This document shows, in pieces, positions 30,785 through 43,046 of a stretch of 64,000 nucleotides of DNA. The position numbers and the translations under genes are program-made. The stretch comes from Seison nebaliae (lineage: Eukaryota). Position 1 is the first letter of the stretch; each line of letters begins with the position of its first letter. The stretch covers positions 1 through 64,000 of the forward strand of contig JALJEE010003232.1 in NCBI GenBank assembly GCA_023231475.1, in the 5' to 3' direction. The notes below the pieces were generated by a model. It made no database searches and had not been told where the DNA came from. It saw only the letters and a list, made by a program, of their open reading frames with translations.

Positions 30785-32775
30785 GGTTGTTCTTATTAAG
30801 ACTTAAGTTTCTTTATTTCTTTTAATGGAAACTAAGATTTGGTGAATGAATCGAATTGAAAAGAGTTTTTTATTCAGATTGAATATTGACAATAGCTTAA
30901 TATTAACTGTTTATTATTTGGGAGACGATCAGTTGCTTAGTAACAAATTGAAGCTCAAAACTTGAAAGAAGAATTTCCCCCAAAATTGGAGAGTTAATTG
31001 ATTTGGGGGTATTGGACGGAAATATGTCAAAATGATAGAGAGAAACGGAGGACATATTGTAATTATATATTCTAGTTTTCGCCAATCGTTCTTTGACGAA
31101 TAATAACTTCCGCACAATCGATTATTGTTATTAGAAGATATGAAGACTGGAATAATAATAAATAGATAGTACATAATGATTTATGATGTTGGGAAAAAGG
31201 AAGCGGGGATGCTGATAGAATTCTTTTCAATTAATTTATGTACATCATTCCTTTTTTCCGCTTATAATCATCTAGATGAAAGAAGATTTTAGTCTTTCTC
31301 ATTAACATACAAAAAACAATCGTCTATTTGCGATAGAAGAAAAATGATAATTACATTTGATTCTTTTCTTTCTCCTGATGCTATGACAGATGTTAATCAT
31401 GTTTTCATTTACCAGCCATCACTCCAATTCTTTCTTGTTCTTGGCGCTAATCAATTGGAGTTATGCAACTGCGTTCGTCGAATATTTGAAAATAAATTCT
31501 TAAAATTTTTACAGTTGAGTTTTGTTTAGGAAACTGTAATTTCGTCTTCTGAATCAACTACTACTATTTAACTAGATAACTTTCAGTTAGTGTAAGTATT
31601 TAAATAAGAGAATTCTTTGCACAATTTATGTCATATGTCTTCCTACATCATTTACATAAGGAGTGTTGGTGTACGTACAATGAAATGATTCGTGGGGAAT
31701 GGAGACGAAAAATTGCTTTGTAATATTAGGGATGCGTATAAGTATGCACATATTTCTTATATCAAAAGACCGACTACTTTTATTTGTTGAGTGGATACGG
31801 GAAGACATTGGGCGTAGAATACAGTTCGTTTAATTATTCTACATACGTATACATAGCAATAGTTTCCAATCGACATGAATCTATTGCTGAAGAATTTTAT
31901 ATAAACCATTCCTGATAGAATTGAGTGCGGACATTTCATTTGATGAAAGAAGAGGACAAACTTTAAATAAGGAAAACTGTTGGAACGATATTGAATAAAA
32001 GTGGTTAGAATAGAGAAGAAAATGTGGAAGCATGAATAGGTGGACGAAAGAAATCTCGAACAGAAAGAAAGAGAGTAAGAATTATTAATAAATTGTTGAG
32101 AAGAAAATTATTTTATTTGTAGAAGGTATAAGTTATGAGCTAGCTCAGTCTAGCTAATGTTGTTATACGTAGAATTAATTTTTTATTTATATTCCAATCT
32201 TTCATACGTACAAATTGGAGAACATGAGAATTATTAAATTTCTCCTTTATAATTATTTTATATTTATAAGTTCCTCTTTTACCGATATCTTCCTATTATT
32301 GCATATGTATATATCACAATCTACACACTCTCGTACATATCGGCAATTGTGTTTGGATATCAGGAAATTCTATCTTGTATGATTTGTTTTGTTCACACAT
32401 AATTGTTCTCTACATTCCTTATTCAATTTATTTCCAGTTTAAATTATTTTCCTTTTCCATCAAATTCACTTGTCTCTTATCGATCACATTTGGAGATTGA
32501 TTAATTATCGATTTCATCTGATCGATAATTATCGAAAAAACCATTTTCTTAAGTTTCTTTTTAAGCCATTTTATAGATTCCTTCATATTTTTTTGTGCGA
32601 ATTCTACTCGATTCACTCACTCCATTGAAAGAGAGAAGTGCGTTTCATCGGAAAATTATTCCAATTTTCAATTAGAACAATTGGCAAGCAATTGATTCGG
32701 AAAAAGAAACGAAGAAGAAAAATGGAAATACTAAATGAGTCGTGTAAATGCTAAGAAAGGAGAAATTAAATTAAT

Positions 32776-33288
32776 ATGATGAACTCATTGTTTAAAGATC
32801 GTTCCGTATTAGATAAAAATGGCTCGCAAATCAGATGTGATCAAGTTTTGAATAATAAAGTCGTTGGACTCCTGTTCGGTGCTTCCTGGGTACCTAAATG
32901 TAAAGAATTCGTCACTCAACTCACTACCGTCTATACCGAATGGAAGGCGAATAATTTTCCTATCGAAATCTTATTCATGTCAAGCGATTTCAATGAGGAA
33001 GAAATGATGAAGTCCTTCAAAGAAGAACATGGTAATTGGTTAGCTGTTCCCTACAATTCATCATTGTTAAGGTTTACTTTCACTCTCTATTTAATTTCAC
33101 CCACTAAACTTCACCTAATTTTCATATTCAGATCATTGAAAAATAATTTTCAAATAGAAAAAATTCCCAAACTCATAATCATCAAATCGTCGAGTTTGGA
33201 GATAATAACAGAACAAGGTACGAAAGAAGTGACGGAACGAGGAGCTGCCGCCGGAACCAAATGGATCAATCTTCTAAAATCCAAATGA
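32776..33288 (+). CDS. Nucleoredoxin/tryparedoxin-like single thioredoxin-domain protein (intron 33072-33131)
   Basis: LNNKVVGLLFGASWVPKCKEF...EILFMSSD...HGNWLAVPY...IPKLIIIK...IITEQG. Confidence 0.85.
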   Translation: MMNSLFKDRSVLDKNGSQIRCDQVLNNKVVGLLFGASWVPKCKEFVTQLTTVYTEWKANNFPIEILFMSSDFNEEEMMKSFKEEHGNWLAVPYNSSLLRFTFTLYLISPTKLHLIFIFRSLKNNFQIEKIPKLIIIKSSSLEIITEQGTKEVTERGAAAGTKWINLLKSK

Positions 33289-33703
33289 AATTTTTTCAGC
33301 TTTTCACTCCGTTTCCTCCTCATATCAATCAGCACAATTCTGACATTCTGACAGCACAAATTTTCAGTCACAACAACTATCGGATAGTTCAAATGTAGAA
33401 AAGTATTTTAAATTATTTATCATTTTCCCAAAATCATCGTGAAATGATACCCGAACAATTTAGTTCTCATCAATCTCAATGTGACGAGTTAAATGATTTG
33501 GGAAATAAATTTTATATTGAAAAACGAAAAGGGAAATTTATTATTTTGCTGTAAACGACTTTTTTCCAAAATCATTTTCGTTATGTTTCAAGTTTAAATT
33601 AAACTTGAAATAACTTTTCCAAAAGTTGAAATTTTCTAATTTTATATATTGTTATACCACAACAAATTTATATATTATCATCAATCTAGAGAATTAAATT
33701 TTT

Positions 33704-34071
33704 TATGTCCTCATTCCTTTCATCTTTCCACTTCGTCGGATGTTATCCAACATATTTTGTGAATAGTTGTGTTTCTTTATCCATTCAATTGTTGTCAATT
33801 GTTCATATGAGAGACTATCCAATTCATATGTCAATTGTCAACAAACGTGAGAAATATCTACCAAATCTTTTTTATCAGTTTTTCCATTTAGAAGAGATTG
33901 ATGATCTATCAGTAATTCTTCCTCAAATAAGCGTTTTCCTTTTTAAACTTTTGTGCAAAAATTATCTACCAATTTCGCCATTTCCCCAAACAAAATAATC
34001 TTATAAGAATTATTTGTTGGAAGATGCGACATTCGAACAAAACGTTTGAGTGAGAGAATATATTTATTCAT
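33704..34071 (-). pseudogene. Possible pseudogene: about 120-codon frame with two internal stops
   Basis: MNKYILSLKRF...FCTKV*KGKRLFEEELL...SHVC*QLTYELDSL...GMRT*; no family recognised. Confidence 0.25.
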
Positions 34072-34411
34072 TTCCCATTTATCTCAATATCATTTTCCAG
34101 AATGACTGAGTTGACTGATAACTCACGTCAGTGAAATAAAATCAATTTTATTTATAAATAAATAAAACTTATTTATGTTATTTCCATCATCAATTCATCT
34201 AATGGAATAAATCAGGAAAATCAAATGAAAACTAATATACTTTAGAGTTTTCCAATCAACAACTTTTTCTTACGACATTCTTAGTTTTAACACGGAAAAT
34301 GTACATATGATGAAGATTTTAATAGTTTAGTGTTTTTTTTCACATATTTTCCGTCAGTTTCTGAAAATTTCGAAATTTCTGATTTTCTGAAATATGTTTA
34401 TTTTGAATTAA

Positions 34412-35068
34412 TTAAAATGTGATGGATAAATCGCGGAAAATACTCTCATCATTCTGATGGTTATAAGATAGTTTGTAAATGTCGAAACATGCGAATATGT
34501 AATGAAGTAATTGATTGACACAAATATGGCAAATGTTGTTAAAATGTCTTTCGAGATGATTTCGGTACAAAGTTAAAGTCATTTCTTCATCGATTATTGC
34601 TGGAGATTTGTCCGTCAGATGAATGTCATATAAATTTCTTTTTTGATTAACTTGAATGTTCCACAAACATAACTGATAATAATGATATCGATCAATAAGT
34701 TGAATGTATGGATCAATTCGATTTGTTTTGAAGGAATTTTTGCACAAATCACAAAAATGTTTTCTGGTCATTTTTAATGAATTCATTCGATTTGAATGTT
34801 CTTTCTTAAAAATTTTTGTACAATTTGAAATGAATTGAATTAATTCATTCTCATTCAAAATCAGATTGTGCAAATCATTCCATTCGAATATTAGGAAAGA
34901 ATCGTCAACTGATCGTCGGAGAATATTCAACGAATAAATATAAAATTGATAAAGATCCAAATAGCTAGTGGGAATACTCTTCAATTTCTTAATTTTCTTT
35001 TTCTCTCGATAAATTCGATAGCCATGTTTATCGATCAATGCTTTCCCGTTCAATTTATCAATATCCAT
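34412..35068 (-). CDS. Hypothetical 218-aa protein with two CxxC pairs
   Basis: Intact ATG ORF; CDLC and CHIC motifs; no family recognised. Confidence 0.6.
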   Translation of the reverse strand: MDIDKLNGKALIDKHGYRIYREKKKIKKLKSIPTSYLDLYQFYIYSLNILRRSVDDSFLIFEWNDLHNLILNENELIQFISNCTKIFKKEHSNRMNSLKMTRKHFCDLCKNSFKTNRIDPYIQLIDRYHYYQLCLWNIQVNQKRNLYDIHLTDKSPAIIDEEMTLTLYRNHLERHFNNICHICVNQLLHYIFACFDIYKLSYNHQNDESIFRDLSITF

Positions 35069-35218
35069 TGTCGATTTATTGGAAATGATTTTATGAAAAT
35101 AAAATGAAAATATAAATTAAAATTTTAAATATTTGAATTCATTCGCTGTTGAATCGACTTCTCTTCATTCGTTACATGTAAGCGACAAATACCTTTTGGA
35201 AAAATAGACATATGTATT

Positions 35219-37082
35219 CTAAGGAAAAGGAGATATTATAAATTTTTCCTGTACAGGAAATGAAGTGATGGGAGAATAACCATTAATTCTCCGAAAATAC
35301 TTTGTAAATTTTGATGATTTGTGAATTTGGAATAAGAATATGGTGATGTAAGAAATTGGGAAGAGGAACGTCATCCACACGTTGGGAGAAGATTCGTCTC
35401 TCATCATTTTGATCGTTGTCATGGCAACGACCCAACAGAACAAGCAAAAGATGATTGTTGCGAATTTAATGAAAATTGATTGGGGATATTTCCAAATTAA
35501 TCCAACACACGAAAGTGACATAAATAATAATTCGAAAATTACACCATAATTCATAATGTGGAAAATGTTGTTGTTGGTGGTGTGGAGGAGAATGAGGGAG
35601 AATAGCAAGACGAAAAGTAATGCCACACTTGGATTCTTGTCATTAACTCGTTTCAATTGGATCCAATTTGGAGCATGTCCATTCTTCGCTACCATAAACA
35701 ATACCCTAAAAATTGTCATTTGAACTTTTTATATGATACGAAATCTGAAGGAAACCTTGAAGAACTCAAAATTCGATTAGTCAATGCACCAAAACATGAG
35801 AGTGAAACACTAAAACTGACGATGATCCAAAAGATGTTTGTTGGTAATTTCTGGGATAAAGTCAACGCGACCGATGGACTATCGACGATTTGTTTGGGTG
35901 GCAAAGTGATAAAATATAAGAAATTGGAAACCCAATAAATGACGGCTACGAATGGAACTCCGATGAGGACGCCTAATTTTAAATTTCTAATTTTTTAACG
36001 AAAATGTTTCATCGTAGAATGTTGAAGAAGATAATGAACTTGGAATGAACTTCAGCGCCCATAAAATTTAAGTAATTGAAACCACCGAACGAATAGAAGA
36101 TGCACGACATTGCTGATATAATATTGAGATTGATGGTAATTGGTTGATTCCATAATCTCTCGATATTGATCATCGTCTCTTCTCCTATTGACCAGGTTCA
36201 ATATATATAAATATATTTAAATAATATATACAAAAGAATATAAATAAAATGAATTTTTATAGATGAAATTTCGTTAACTGGAAATATTTGCTTTGTAGAT
36301 ACTGATGGACATGAGGAAGAAGATACTCATAATTTTCAACGTGGTTAATATATTTCCAATAAATTTCGTATACTTGAAACTGATGATATTTAACAGAAAT
36401 GCTGATACTAGAAAAATGCAAATAGTTTTATAAGAGAATCATACAAGAATATGATAACTCATGAGAAAAGTAGCTATTAGATTATAAACGAATAATGATT
36501 CGTCTTGATAACAATCGAAATTAATTAACGGCTTCAAAATGTAGATAGCTGCCGTCAAAGCTGAACAGGCGTTCGCTGAAGGAATAATTATACAGATAAG
36601 AATAGTCGCATAACTTTTAAGAGAAATTAAATAAATTTAATAATTAGGATAATAATTTAGTTTAATTATAAATTGCCAACATTAATGCAGGAGTATCACC
36701 GAACATTTTTTGGATATACGTATAATCGCCACCACTGAACGGTATGGCTTCACCTAAAGCACAATAACAGAATGCACCTAACAGAACTCCAATACTGGCA
36801 ATCAACCAAAGTATAAGACACATCAATTCACTTTTGGCAAATTGGAGAACTCCTGTTATTTGAAAATTATTGTTATCTTCTTTGAAATGTTACAGAACCT
36901 GATGGTGCCACGAAGATGCCACTGCCAATTATCAGACCGATAACTATTGCGGCACTATCGAGACAATTGATATGATGAACAATGTAGGAGGCGGTGGATA
37001 AGGTGCGTTGTTTCATTCTCCTTCGTAATGTGCTACTGCAACTTTCACGTTGGACTTTGATTCGAACTCGATTAGTTGACAT
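35219..37082 (-). CDS. L-type amino-acid transporter (SLC7/LAT, APC superfamily)
   Basis: IVIGLIIGSGIFVAPSGVL, AFCYCALGEAIPFSGGDYTYI, GGFNYLNFMGAEV, SLSCFGALTNRILSSSRVLF. Confidence 0.88.
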
Positions 37083-37285
37083 GTCTAATTAAAAGTTTTA
37101 ATTCCTTTAAATTAGTTCGAGAAAATATATTATGTAAGAAGGATTATCGGAAGAAAATGAAATTAAATATCAGAAAGAAATTTTATTTTGAATTTATGAA
37201 TAAATTAGTAGAAAATCGAATGTCAATAAATGAAGAGAAATAAGTTCAATAGAAAAACATCTGTATCAACATCCCCAAAATCACA

Positions 37286-40005
37286 TCAATATTCCAAATT
37301 GGTTAATTGACGATAAATATCTTCAAGAACTCTCATTCTTTCCTCCCTTGCTGTCTTGTATTGGACGGATCGTTTTTTCAATTGTTCATGACGCTGATCT
37401 CGTACTCGATTAATGTTATGTTTCAAATTGGCGAAGGCCGATTTGGCATTGCTCAATAAATCAGTCGTACTGGTGGGATTATGTTCAACCGATTCAGTCA
37501 CTGATTGATTTGATGTAATATTTAATAATTGAATACCGCCCCCAAATGCATTTTCATTTCCATCACGTTTCCGTTTTTGACCTTCGTGCATTCTTTCAAT
37601 CAATTTCCATAAAATTTAAAGAGTAAAATAAAATTAACTTTGCAACAAGAATACTCGCAATTCGTTTACTGACACGAGAATATCGTTTTTCATCATCACT
37701 CATATCAGTCGATTTTCGTTCTTGAATTAATCGTTGCCAATCGTTACTAACGGCCAAATTGATGAGTTGACGGATCTGATGGAAACAAGTGATCAATGAT
37801 TCCGTTTTATATGTCCCACCTAATTGGAACATGGCAGATTCACATCTCATCACATCGATGTTCAATTGTTCTAAACCACCACTACTAATAGCACGGACAC
37901 CATTAGTATCTTCAATACATTTCAACATACTTTCCGACATCTGTTTACTCACATGGAAATAAAGACGTTCAGCTAAATCGTTTTGTGTCTAAAAAAGAAG
38001 ATGAATAAGAATTAATTGAAATCAAATAAAAACTTCTGGTAAGCCACTGAAAATGGAAGATAATAATTCGATGGCATCTGCAGTACTTCTCGATGCTTTT
38101 CCTTGACACTCATCTGTCATCCATTCGAATTGAGCTGGAAAGGAAAATCATTAAAAATTTTTCACTTTCGAAATTAACTAACAAAAATTATCTAAAATTT
38201 CATTTAAATTCTCTCCTAATTTTGTCGTCAATGTCGTATCTACGTTGAATTTCAAATCCTGAAAATAGAAAGAAAATTTTTAGATAAAATTTTAATATTC
38301 TCTTTCTTTTTTTTTCTAAGAAGAAATTTAAAATGTCAATGCATTGGCGCAACATATGAGAGTGGAGAGAAACCGATCTTACCTTCGGAACCATCGTCGC
38401 TGGTAACACCAATGAAGTTTTATATTTATATCTGGAGAAACATGGAAATTAAATATTCCAATTAAAATTAAAATATCTGAAAAATTTCTCGAAAAATTAT
38501 GTTTAAAAAAATTATCATGAAAAATACCATGAAAGTTTTTTTTTAAAATATGAACGAAAAATTTTTAGAAAAATTAGTGAGAAATTTTTTTGGAAAATTA
38601 GTGAGAAAATTTTTTTTGAAAAATTTCATGAAAATTTTAAGGAATTTTTAATGAAATGAATGAAAATGGTTAATTACCTTGAATTGATCGATATGGGATA
38701 ATTGAGTTGAATGGACATAATCGTAAATACTAAATTGTTAGTTAATCAGTGAATAATCAAAAAAAGAAGAAATAAGTAACCCAGTCAAATCATTAATGGA
38801 TTGATCAATGAATGGCATTGTGGCATCTAAAGTGTTTAAGTTGATAGACATGAGAATTAACTGAATATAATTATAGAAGTTTAGAAGTAAGAAGGAAGAA
38901 GGGAGAACGCCTTGTAAAGTCATTGTGGTAGTTTCAGTATATTCTCGAATTTTATCATTCAAATGATTTTTTATTAATAAATCTGTTTCATAATGAACTT
39001 TCTCATCAATTTCACTCATACTTAATGGAAAATTGACGGTAATGGAATGAGAATGATGGGAAACCTGGATTCATTATCTTTCATAAAATTGTAAACAATT
39101 TGAATGAATTCTAATATCTTCTTCACCGTTTCCGGAACCATTTGAGTGAAACTTAACACAACCGGAAACTGAGAAAGATAAAGAAAATTATTGAATATAA
39201 AATAATTGAACTTCTTCCGATTGGACGATTAATTTGGCTGATATGAGAAATTTCATGACTTTCGTTTCTAACATTTCTTTAATTTCGATCTTCATTGGAT
39301 TACACGTGTCTTCTTGGAAGATTTCTTGGAAATAATCACGATAAGTTTGTTTCAAAACTTCCAAATAATTCGTTCTGTAAATCGATTATAAAAATCAATC
39401 GAATAATTTCATTTACTCACCGAATATTTTCAGAAATTTCTTGGAATTGTGATGGATTCAAACCGAACTCTCTCAGACATGACGTATAGATGACAGTATT
39501 CGTTCGGATGGAACCCAACGTCTCTTTATCTCCTTTATACATCTGAAATTTTAGAAATTTTAATTTATTTTAAAATTTTTAGAAATTTTAATTTAATTTA
39601 ATTAATTTTTTTACTTTAAAAATTCACTAAACGGCAATTCGACTCAATCGTTTCGATAGTTGTTTGACGGCTTCATTTGCTAAATTATTATAATATGGTT
39701 GATCGATCAATCCGGTCGTTGTGTTGAGAATATGATCTTCGATGACACAGAATCCTAATAATTCTAAAAAATAATCGCGGAAATTATCCATAAGGAATTC
39801 ATTCTGAAAGGAATTGAAAATGAAATTAAGAATGGAATGAGAATATGAGAACTTCAGTTTTCTTTTGGACGAATGTCAAACCGGATTGACGAATTCGTTG
39901 ACGTTGATAATATTCTTGGAATTCATCAGATTTATTCAATAATTTATTGATATGTAACGATCGATAGAGTGGAGAGAAATCAACAATTTTTTGAATTGAT
40001 TGTAA

Positions 40006-40038
<33 letters not shown>

Positions 40039-40749
40039 GTCAATATTCATAATGATAAATGGTGGAAGATTAGTTGGATCGAATGATAATGAATATTTGT
40101 TACAAATGAAAATTAGAGAAGCATATCCGACTTTTTTGGAAGATGCTCGAGCGATTTCCAAAAATTGATTTAATTCAAATCTCGATTCATCCAATATTTG
40201 TTGTCGATGATGATCGATATTAATACGCATCGAATCAACAAATGATAAATGTTGACTGTTGGGCAAGAGTTCCTTCTCCAACTTCTCGATGACATTCAAT
40301 GCTTGATAATAACGTTTCTTCTCCATTTCTCGTTGTAACTTCTTAAACTGTTCGACGATGGGTAACGCTGTTTTTAAGGCCTGTCTCGTTTTATGAATAT
40401 TATTCATTCGATCTTTGATATCAATCTCATATTCTAATTGTTTGATGATACTCTCTAACGAACTCATCAACGTCACGTTATTATTAGAAATGGATTCTTT
40501 AAAATTCTTTATATTATCTCGAATATTCATCAGTTCGTGGAATGAGTCGATAAATTTCTGATAATGATGATTCGACATATTTTCCAAATCATCACCCAAT
40601 GTTCGAATTCTTTCCAGAATCATTGTCAATAACAACTTCTGATTGTTATGTATGAGTGCCTGTCGAATGACCGTATTCATTTGACTATCTGATATTTCTA
40701 GATCATTTATCAAATCTTTCAATTCCTCTTTCGATAATGATTCCTTCAT
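37286..40749 (-). CDS. EXOC6: Exocyst component 6 (Sec15)
   Basis: HHYQKFIDSFHEL, KRYYQALNVIEKLE, IVDFSPLYRSLHI...FQEYYQRQR, GLEQLNIDVMRCE, RYSRV. Confidence 0.9.
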
Positions 40750-40851
40750 TATCCAATAACAATAAATTTCTAATTAAAATATATAAAAATTTACATAAAT
40801 ATGAAAAAAAAAAAAATTAAAGATTTTCTCAAGGAAAAAACGGAAATTTTT

Positions 40852-41883
40852 TTAAGAATTAATTTTTGGTTCATTTGGTAAGAAGGTGGAACGAAAGAAA
40901 ATGATAAAGGAATAATTCTCACATAAATTCATCAATTGTTGTTGGAGGGATAATCCTTCTGTTTGATCGTTATTTGTTACACATTTAAATTTATTATGTT
41001 CCAATTCCTTCACCATCTCTTCGGCAATCGTTGAAATATATGGACGACTACAATCTTGAACGACATAAGGAAAATGTGAATATTTCCCTAATCCAATCTT
41101 TCCATTCATCGATTCTTGAAATGAAGGTAAATGTACATTCTTCGTATCAGCCATCAGATGTCCATCTTTGATATAATCTTTGAGAAAGTAGAGAAATTGA
41201 AGACTCATTTCTGATAAGGGAAATAGAAAAGAATTGATAGCTGTCGAATCTAAATTATTTGATTGGAATAAATGGAATATTTGAGAAGAATTTTTCAAAT
41301 AATTTCTCACATGTCGAAAAGACGTCAGATTTCCTTGTACTTGAGACATGGATGGAATTTGATGGATATTATCAGGAGTGATAGCAATCGTTGGAAATCC
41401 AATAAATTTTGGTAAATTTATCAATTCATTATCATCAAAATCACGAATTAATGAAATTGAACATTCGATCTCATTTCCTAATAATAATCGACTCGATAAA
41501 TCATTGATCTCATTATCGTTATGATGGAAATCTGATTTTTCATTTGATGATTTCTTGTAATATTTATAATGTCGAGAACTACTCTCCACATCTCTCATAA
41601 TATTACATTCCACTTGATTAATTAATAATAATGATGCCAATCGTAAAATGTATCGAGCCGCCATCGTATTCGTCAGATGGATGGAATTTCGAAAATTGAA
41701 TACTCTCGACTCTACCAATCTCATGATGGAAATCTCTCCTAACAAATGAAAGAGTTTCACCGGAAAGAAGATATTTGATCCAAAAGTCAAAATTTTCGGT
41801 AACGGCATATTAATTCTAACGTCTTTATTGATTTGATGTTTCCGTTTTGATGATTTTTTCTTTTCAATTTTTTTCCATTTTTT

Positions 41884-41916
<33 letters not shown>

Positions 41917-42789
41917 TTTCTGAAGTTCGTATAATGAAGAAACATCGAATGTCTCACCATTTAATTCTTCTCGAAATGATGGTGAATGAAAACAATCGAA
42001 AATTTCGTAATCGAATGAGAATTTTTTCCGATTAGAATAAAGTGAACTGAAATTGGAGAAGAAGATGAACATCATTCTCTCCTCACGATTCACATGATAA
42101 GCGATGAAACCATTTAATGTATTGCACAAATCTTTCGTTCTTGTAAATCGTGTCATGTCTTTCAATACGAGACATGAACAATGTACTGAACAATCAGTGA
42201 CGGAACATCGAACGAGATTTTTTTTCAATTTTTTTAAATTTTTTTCATTAAAAAATTCGATGAGTGCAAATCGACGTTCAGTTCCTTTCGTTCCACAACC
42301 ACAATATTTTTCCATCGTCATTGATCGAATTTTATCGATATCGCCAAATAATTTATTCATCAACTTCTCTTCCATATTCACATTGAGATTGGGAAGAAAA
42401 AGATAATTTGAAAAATTATAATTCTTCTCTTCCACTTCACTACACTTCTTCTCTTCTTCTTCTTCTTCTTTTCTCGTTGTTGTTGTTATTGTTATTGTTG
42501 ACGATGACGATTGAACAGATGATAACGGTGCTGATGAATTGATAGATAAATTACATTTCCCTAATTCACTCAAAGTCATTTCATTATTTAAATTCATCAA
42601 AACTTTCTTTGCGTCATTGGTGGAACGAAAAGAAACTAATAATTTTGATGCGTTTTCCCCACATCGAGAAACGCCACGAAATCCCGAATATTTCAATAAT
42701 TTCTCACGAACTTCATTCTCCATTTTTCCGTTAAATCGCATTCCATCATCCCGAATGGTAACACAAATTTGATTAGGTTCATTATTCAT
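40852..42789 (-). CDS. Orphan protein with divergent RRM-like domains
   Basis: Long intact ORF; RNP2/RNP1-like YLFLPNLNVNMEE...RRFALIEF and KLLVSFRSTNDAKK; poly-D and poly-E tracts. Confidence 0.6.
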
Positions 42790-43046
42790 TTTGATCTCTG
42801 TCGACTTTGCCAAATTTGTTTCCTTTCAATGAAAAATTACGATTTTCTAAATTTTTTTAAAATTAATTTTTGAAAATTTTCAAATTTTCAAATTTTAAGT
42901 TTTTATCAAAATTCAAAAGTTTATCCACCATATATTTCCCACGTTTCCTTTTTCCCATCTTGTAATGATTTGTGTATTTTACATAATTATTGCTTCTCTT
43001 CTTATTAATATAAATTAGATTTAAAAGAAAATTTTTGAAAAAATAA

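Noticed and set aside
30903..32616. Short ORFs between CFAP69 and the nucleoredoxin-like gene
   Set aside because: No motifs or consistent exon chain; composition resembles AT-rich non-coding DNA.
38480..38660. Repeated GAAAATTAGTGAGAAATTTTTT units in an EXOC6 intron
   Set aside because: Low-complexity local slippage with no termini or TSD to support a mobile element.
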